From contig OY970393.1 of assembly GCA_963720465.1 (NCBI GenBank), forward strand, positions 1,504,001 to 1,568,000: 64,000 nt of DNA, read 5' to 3'. The stretch is from Methanobacteriota archaeon (GTDB taxonomy: Archaea; Halobacteriota; Bog-38; Methanoflorentales; Methanoflorentaceae). The notes beneath the pieces were generated by a model. It had not been told where the DNA came from, did no database searches, and saw only the letters and a program-made list of their open reading frames with translations. The position numbers and the translations under genes are program-made. Shown here in pieces: positions 58,683-64,000 of this stretch (its first letter is position 1; every line of letters starts with the position of its first letter).

Positions 58683-58853
58683 TCACGCTAACGCGATTGC
58701 TCCGGATGGGCAGACATCGACACAGATGCCACAGTTTACGCAGTCCTTCGCGTTCACCACGGGCACATCGTCTAATGAAATAGCGGCGGCCGGGCACTCT
58801 TCGACACAGGTTCCACACTGCACGCACGCCTCCACATCGATGAACACTACCAT
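58683..58853 (-). CDS. 2[4Fe-4S] ferredoxin
   Basis: Two CxxCxxCxxxCP motifs. Confidence 0.93.
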   Translation of the reverse strand: MVVFIDVEACVQCGTCVEECPAAAISLDDVPVVNAKDCVNCGICVDVCPSGAIALA

Positions 58854-59036
58854 GCCAACAACCACTATCGGTTCATGAAAAAGCGGTCATATAACCATTT
58901 TGGTCAGCGGCCTCAGCATCGCTGCCCTTGTCGGCACGTAGTCCTGCGAAAGCGCGCTTACGTTGCGAAACGCCTTCAGTGGCGCTTGCTGACAATGCGC
59001 TTGCCGTGGTCGTGAGCAGCGTAGCAACTGGCAGCG

Positions 59037-59366
59037 TCACGACTCGAAGCGCGATGTTTTACCCGTCGCACTGCCTTGCGCTTTTCGAGTTCCTTTAGAA
59101 CCGTAGTCGAAGAACTTCTCAACGGTATCTCCTGAAGTCCATTCTGCTCGAATCCTCGTTCGCTTCTCAGCTCGTCGCAACGCGGACAGGATCATACGGT
59201 TGAGATTTCGCGCGCTTTCTCCTTCAAGCTCTGCCTCAACTTCGAATCCTTGATCTGTTTGTCTAATAGTTCCCTTATCAGCAATAAGCTGTTCAAGAAC
59301 CGGTTTGACGGCTGACGGGTTGTCGCTGCTCACGTGTACTGATACGCTAAACTTCAGTTGCGCCAT
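59037..59366 (-). CDS. Hypothetical protein (start MAQLKF)
   Basis: GGTGA SD before ATG 59366; ESARNLNR...LRRAEKRTRIRAEW...FFDY. Confidence 0.7.
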   Translation of the reverse strand: MAQLKFSVSVHVSSDNPSAVKPVLEQLIADKGTIRQTDQGFEVEAELEGESARNLNRMILSALRRAEKRTRIRAEWTSGDTVEKFFDYGSKGTRKAQGSATGKTSRFES

Positions 59367-59544
59367 TTTTTCACCCCAAAGCGTACGACTCTTTCCGATA
59401 TAAAAATCTGCTCGCGCGACGAACATCGTTGCAACCGTGAAGCGGAGTAAGGGCGAGGATGCAAGCATACATGTTAAGCCGGATTGAAACAGAACTGAGA
59501 CCAGCACGAGGCTTTGAGCCTCCCTAGAAGAAAAAGAGGCGAAA

Positions 59545-60138
59545 ATGACATATTGCAAAGAATGCGGCCACAAACTCGGCTTCCTTGAGCACGCAGCCGA
59601 CGGGCTGTGTAACGGTTGCCGACAACGATTGGTGCAGCAACAGGCGGAGAAAGCGCATGCGGCGGCCATAGCTCCGTATACCGGCGCAGAACTCCCGGTT
59701 GTCCCTGTTACCGGCGCGATTATGAAAAAAGGCGAGACTGCGTACTGTCGAACAGCGACGGTGCTCAAGGAGACTAAAACGGTGAACCTCGGCTATTCAG
59801 GAGCGAGTCACGGCGTCTCGATCCCACTCCCGATAAAGGTGGGGGGCTTTCCCGTGCGCTATCGCGTGGGTCAATCACGCGGCCACATCGTCAAACATGA
59901 CGAGTTGCTTGAAACGTCGCGCGGGGACTTGATCGTAAGTAATCAACGACTATTTTTAAACCCGTTCGCGGGGCACAAGCCGCTGAGCGTGCCGCTCTCG
60001 AAAATCGCCAGTTTTCACGTCTATGAGAATGGCCTCGAAGTGTGGCAGGACGGCAAGGAACGGCCCTACCTGTTCTTGCTTGGTGCGGCGGGGAGCGAGA
60101 TATGCGGGCTGTGTCTCGATAAGCTCCTTAGAGCTTAG
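59545..60138 (+). CDS. Hypothetical protein with an N-terminal Zn finger and a PH-like domain
   Basis: CKECG...LCNGC; GDLIVSNQRL...SVPLSKI. Confidence 0.75.
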   Translation: MTYCKECGHKLGFLEHAADGLCNGCRQRLVQQQAEKAHAAAIAPYTGAELPVVPVTGAIMKKGETAYCRTATVLKETKTVNLGYSGASHGVSIPLPIKVGGFPVRYRVGQSRGHIVKHDELLETSRGDLIVSNQRLFLNPFAGHKPLSVPLSKIASFHVYENGLEVWQDGKERPYLFLLGAAGSEICGLCLDKLLRA

Positions 60139-60200
60139 ATTTCGCTTTTTGCGCAAGAACAGAGAGAGCAAATAGGATCGGATCAACAGAGCGCGGCGGT

Positions 60201-61031
60201 CTAAGGCTTCTTTCCAGCCACTTTTATGCTCACCACGGAGTCCGCAAGGTCGCGTAATTCATCGGGAGTCAGGCTGATGGTGTTCCCGATCGCCTGTGCT
60301 GTTGGATCGTTTGCCATGCAGTCAAGCGGGAATGAAGACTCCTCGACGATGCGAACGTTCTCAAATCCCGCGGCCCGAATAGCCTCGAGATAGGCGTCCT
60401 TCATGATTGCGCCAGACAGGCAGCTCACATATGCCGCGGCTGATTCCCTTACGGCAGGCGGGAGCTCTCTCAGCAAGACGATATCAGATACTGCAAAGCA
60501 GCCGCTGGGCCTCAGCACCCGAAAGGCTTCCCTGAAGACGGCGGCCTTGTCAGGGGTGAGATTAATCACGCAGTTGGAGATAACGACGCTAACAGTACTA
60601 TCGGCAACGGGCAGGTGCTCCAGCTCTCCGAGCCTGAAGTCGACGTTGCTGTATCCGCCCTTGCGCGCATTCGCCCGAGCCTTTTCGATCATCTCGGGCG
60701 TCATATCAACACCGATCACGTGTCCAGCTGCACCAACCGCGTTTGCGGCAAGGAAACAGTCGAATCCTGCTCCTGATCCGAGATCAAGCACTGTCTCGCC
60801 TTCCTTCAACGAAGCAAGCGCGGTCGGATTGCCACAGCCAAGTCCGAGGTTTGCTCCTGCGGGCACTGAGGCAAGCTCTTCTTCCTTATATCCTATGGCC
60901 CGGCTAATGTCGTGCGCCAGATCAACATTGCTGCCGCAGCACTGGCTCACAGGGATAAAATTGAGCCTTTCGCCTTTCGCCACCTTCGCATAGCCGTCCC
61001 TAACCACCCGTTTTATCTTTTCCTCTTCCAT
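60201..61031 (-). CDS. arsM: Arsenite S-adenosylmethyltransferase
   Basis: N-terminal CC, LGLGCGNP, VLDLGSGAGFDCF, ISNCVINL, SCLSGA. Confidence 0.95.
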   Translation of the reverse strand: MEEEKIKRVVRDGYAKVAKGERLNFIPVSQCCGSNVDLAHDISRAIGYKEEELASVPAGANLGLGCGNPTALASLKEGETVLDLGSGAGFDCFLAANAVGAAGHVIGVDMTPEMIEKARANARKGGYSNVDFRLGELEHLPVADSTVSVVISNCVINLTPDKAAVFREAFRVLRPSGCFAVSDIVLLRELPPAVRESAAAYVSCLSGAIMKDAYLEAIRAAGFENVRIVEESSFPLDCMANDPTAQAIGNTISLTPDELRDLADSVVSIKVAGKKP

Positions 61032-61047
61032 ACACGCATCACTCCGT

Positions 61048-61314
61048 TCACGCTAAATCTTTGAAAATAGGGCCTAAAAAGCTCTTGACCGTCGCCGAGA
61101 GCTCCTCGACCTTGATCAGAGAGATGCAGCAGACCTCGCCGTTTCGCTCACAGCTAACGGCCGCCAGCTTGTCCCCCGCCCGTATATGGGCACGGTCGCG
61201 CAGCTCTTTAGGTAGGACCATCTGTCCCCGCTCGTCAACGCTCACAACCGCTTCAACCTTGCAGCTATTCTTGCCCCCATCGCTGGGCGCACAACATGAG
61301 GCTTCTTCTGTCAT
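61048..61314 (-). CDS. AbrB-family regulator, HgcC-like (HgcAB-associated type)
   Basis: CC...CKVEAVVSVDERGQMVLPKELR...GDKL...VCCISLIK. Confidence 0.8.
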   Translation of the reverse strand: MTEEASCCAPSDGGKNSCKVEAVVSVDERGQMVLPKELRDRAHIRAGDKLAAVSCERNGEVCCISLIKVEELSATVKSFLGPIFKDLA

Positions 61315-61329
61315 AGAACTCTACGTAAT

Positions 61330-61372
61330 AGTGTATTTATCAGTGTATTTAAGTTTTTCTGATAAATCAGAA
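61330..61372 (-). promoter_or_regulatory. Promoter with a palindromic operator for the hgcC-like/arsM unit
   Basis: TTCTGAT-AA-ATCAGAA (61357-61372) and AGTGTATTTA x2 around a TATA box. Confidence 0.6.
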
Positions 61373-61446
61373 TAATATGAGTAGAGATAGGACGTCAACA
61401 ACATAAACCGACGCCTGCTTAAACGGGGATCAAATGAGTGCGCAAG

Positions 61447-61863
61447 TTAGTCGCGGTCGAACGTTGACTCAAGCCACTCCCCTAGTTGGTCACGCACGCA
61501 TCGAAAAGATGCACACGGTGTGCCTTCCCCGGCATCGGGCACCGGATCATCGAAGGCTTGATGGAGATACTCCTTCCCGCCAGGAAAAATGGGGCAGTTC
61601 TCTTGCACATCGGCACAGAGCGTGACGACGTAATCGAAGGTCATGTCGTCAAACTCGTCCAGCGACTTTGCCCGCTGTGAGCTAATATCGATGCCCAGCT
61701 CAGCCATCACTTCGATCGCACACGAGTGTACCTCGGTGGGTTCATTTCCCGCGCTTTGTGCCTCATACCGGTCAGCATGCCAGGCGTTTATGAATCCTTC
61801 TGCCATCTGCGATCGCGCAGCGTTATGCGTGCAGAGGAACAGAATTTTTTGTTTAGTAGACAT
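61447..61863 (-). CDS. arsC: Arsenate reductase, thioredoxin-coupled LMWPTP fold
   Basis: LFLCTHNAARSQMAEG, SAG, VTLC...CPIFPG, FDDP. Confidence 0.93.
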   Translation of the reverse strand: MSTKQKILFLCTHNAARSQMAEGFINAWHADRYEAQSAGNEPTEVHSCAIEVMAELGIDISSQRAKSLDEFDDMTFDYVVTLCADVQENCPIFPGGKEYLHQAFDDPVPDAGEGTPCASFRCVRDQLGEWLESTFDRD

Positions 61864-61993
61864 CTTTCATCCTCATGCCGCGCTTGCGCTCAAGGCGGCG
61901 AGCAACCATAACCCGCGATCACATATCTGTGACTAACCCTCTCTCACGGGAAAGTGGCGAAAATGCTAATGCTGACAAGTCCTCGGCATCCGG

Positions 61994-62443
61994 TCAGCCT
62001 TTTTTGAGTGACTCAGCAAATTTGTGGGCATCGCGTAGGTCCTGCTCGTTCGGCCGTCCTTTAGCTATCCCGCCGAAGAGTCTCATCGGCCCGTACGTAT
62101 CAAACCCCCGACAGGAGAATTCCCCGACGACGGTCAATCCCTTCGCATCCAACTTGCTTTTTAAGGCAGAGTGATGCGACCCCCCACGCGGTGCGCCTCT
62201 AGTTGAGAATACAAATGTTTTAGCATGAAGCGCGGGAAGCGCGTCGACCCACTCGAGCAAGCGCGGATAGTGCTTTCCAAATGCGATTCCTGAACCAAGC
62301 CCGATAAGGTCATAATCGCCAAGTGCCTCGACGTCCACATCATCAGGATCGGTGACCTGGGCGTCGAGGACTACTGCCATCGCGTCAGCGATCTTTTTCG
62401 TGTTTCCGTGGTGCTCTGACACACATACGATAAGCGTTCTCAT
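61994..62443 (-). CDS. Flavodoxin-family protein
   Basis: SEHHGNTKKIA, GLGSGI, FSCRGFDT, KGRPN. Confidence 0.88.
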   Translation of the reverse strand: MRTLIVCVSEHHGNTKKIADAMAVVLDAQVTDPDDVDVEALGDYDLIGLGSGIAFGKHYPRLLEWVDALPALHAKTFVFSTRGAPRGGSHHSALKSKLDAKGLTVVGEFSCRGFDTYGPMRLFGGIAKGRPNEQDLRDAHKFAESLKKG

Positions 62444-62739
62444 ACCTTATACCAGACAAAGGTTAACCATTCGTTTCGTTCTTGAACTACAACGGGCACG
62501 ATAAAAGAGCATTGCCCGCCGCAACGCTGAGCACCAAAAGAAAAACGAAGATCAGAGTAATGGCCACCAGACTCCACTTCATACATAACATGTTTCCGGC
62601 GTCATTGAACTACTTTCCGCTACCAGCGCCGATGGCACCCTCCGCGTCTACCAACGCGAAATCGAAGGAGGATTCGTCAGCGCTGATAACTGCACTTATA
62701 TGGTTTTGATCTGACGAATGACAGGCCATACCGGCTTCT

Positions 62740-64000
62740 TCAAGCAAGCCTCTTGATCACGTCCGTTATCGAGACGGCATTAGCAAAGAAGTCGTTCCAA
62801 GCATCCTGTTTGGGATAGTTCCTAATGGTGTACGAGGTCGGGCTGATGTTAGGCAGCTCGTCCCAGACAAACGGGCTCGCTATGGGAAGCTCTGGCTCAG
62901 ATCGGGCAGCATAGGGTGCCACAGACGTCTGCATCGCGGATATCCTATTGACGTCGATGAAGATTCGTCCTCTTCTTTTCTCCTTGCCAAGCTCCGTAGT
63001 CAGCGCTGCGTCACTTTTTGCGAGGGTTTGCGCTATTTTTAGGGCGAAGTCCCTCACGCCGTCGTTATCAAGCTCGCGCGTAATGGGCACCGCAACGTGG
63101 TACCCCCTGCCCCCAGTCGTCATCACGTACGGTTTAAACCCCAACGCTTCGAGGAATCCTTTCAGTTTGAGTGCAGCTGATCGAAGCGACGGGAAATCAG
63201 GCAGCGACGGATCCAGATCAAATACCATTTCGTCGGGAATTGTGGGTCTGTCTGCTCGTGTTACCATAATGTGGGGAACGATGACCTGATTGCCGAGATA
63301 GACGATGCCTGCTTCATCCTTAACGATCGCATAGCAGGTCGTAGTGTCCTTGTGCTCGAGACACTTGCTCTCAAGCCAATCAGGAAAATAATCGGGCATA
63401 TTTTTTTGGAAGAATTTCTCGCCGCTGACCCCATCGGGAAACCTAAACATGGAGATCAGCCGGCCTTCTATATGGGGCAGCATCAGCGGCGCTATGTCTC
63501 GATAGTATTCAACAAGCTCAGCTTTCGGGATCCCCATATCAAGCTCCTTCTGGGGGTTCGTTACGTGGATTCGGTGCCCGCCCACGTCTATTTCGTCGCT
63601 AAGGTGATGCTCCTCCCCCTTCCTGACGATTATCCAGTCGTTGTCGAGGCGGGTGAACGCGTAGGTCCCGTTCAGTTTGTCACCTTTCAGGTAGATTACG
63701 AAATGGCCCTTTTTCAACGCCTCGTCAAGAGGCTGGACCTTCCCGTCTTTTATTGTAATGTTGACGAATCTTCCCTTATCCCATAGTTCGACCCTCCCTG
63801 CACCGTACTCACCTTCTGGTATCTCGCCTGAAAACTCGGCGTAGGCAACGGGATGATCCTCAGTCCTGATTGCGAGCCTTTTATCCCGCGGGTCGTCTGA
63901 CAACCCCTTTGGCACCGCCCAGCTAAGAAGAACCCCATCGTGCTCAAGCCGAAAATCAAAGTGTATCCGCCTCGCGCTATGCTTCTGTATCACGTAAAGC
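62740..64000 (-). CDS. ligD: NHEJ LigD-type 3'-phosphoesterase + primase-polymerase fusion (5' end beyond the window)
   Basis: IQKH.ARRIHFDFRLE...SWAVPKG...TEDHP (PE domain); RFPDG...FFQK...FDLDP...TTGGRGYHV...IFID (Pol domain). Confidence 0.92.
   Translation of the reverse strand, partial: LYVIQKHSARRIHFDFRLEHDGVLLSWAVPKGLSDDPRDKRLAIRTEDHPVAYAEFSGEIPEGEYGAGRVELWDKGRFVNITIKDGKVQPLDEALKKGHFVIYLKGDKLNGTYAFTRLDNDWIIVRKGEEHHLSDEIDVGGHRIHVTNPQKELDMGIPKAELVEYYRDIAPLMLPHIEGRLISMFRFPDGVSGEKFFQKNMPDYFPDWLESKCLEHKDTTTCYAIVKDEAGIVYLGNQVIVPHIMVTRADRPTIPDEMVFDLDPSLPDFPSLRSAALKLKGFLEALGFKPYVMTTGGRGYHVAVPITRELDNDGVRDFALKIAQTLAKSDAALTTELGKEKRRGRIFIDVNRISAMQTSVAPYAARSEPELPIASPFVWDELPNISPTSYTIRNYPKQDAWNDFFANAVSITDVIKRLA

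Overview
Archaeal DNA: it has TBP, CDC48, RadB, Hel308, Cgi121, BRE/TATA promoters and a CCA-less tRNA. A Halobacteriota/Methanomicrobia-like lineage is inferred, not shown. Three blocks. (1) 1-22.6 kb, core genome: cdc48, larC, radB, dapL-lysA-dapF, hel308-cgi121, a surface-glycosylation cluster (4 GT4, DUF1616, a GT-C-like membrane protein, two decayed genes) and ilvD. (2) About 22.7-56.2 kb, a mosaic genomic island anchored at tRNA-Val(TAC) (56128-56201, minus). An integrase ORF runs out of the tRNA, and a degenerate att copy with a putative Int-N remnant lies 26.5 kb away. Five more divergent copies of only the 3' tail of the same integrase family, all on the minus strand, separate the cargo blocks. 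Cargo includes a family of secreted beta-propeller and Ig-repeat proteins sharing one promoter/leader cassette, an extra TBP, a Cys-rich secreted protein followed by a large structured RNA-like element, a DUF4238 gene and a 1146-aa nuclease plus alpha-solenoid candidate defence protein. (3) 56.3-64 kb: asd, ferredoxin, an arsC/hgcC-like/arsM cluster and a LigD phosphoesterase-polymerase fusion. The best candidate for an undescribed system is the integrase-tail-delimited cargo array at tRNA-Val. Candidate structured ncRNAs lie at about 9.2 kb and 46.4 kb. All calls come from reading motifs by eye; no database searches were run.
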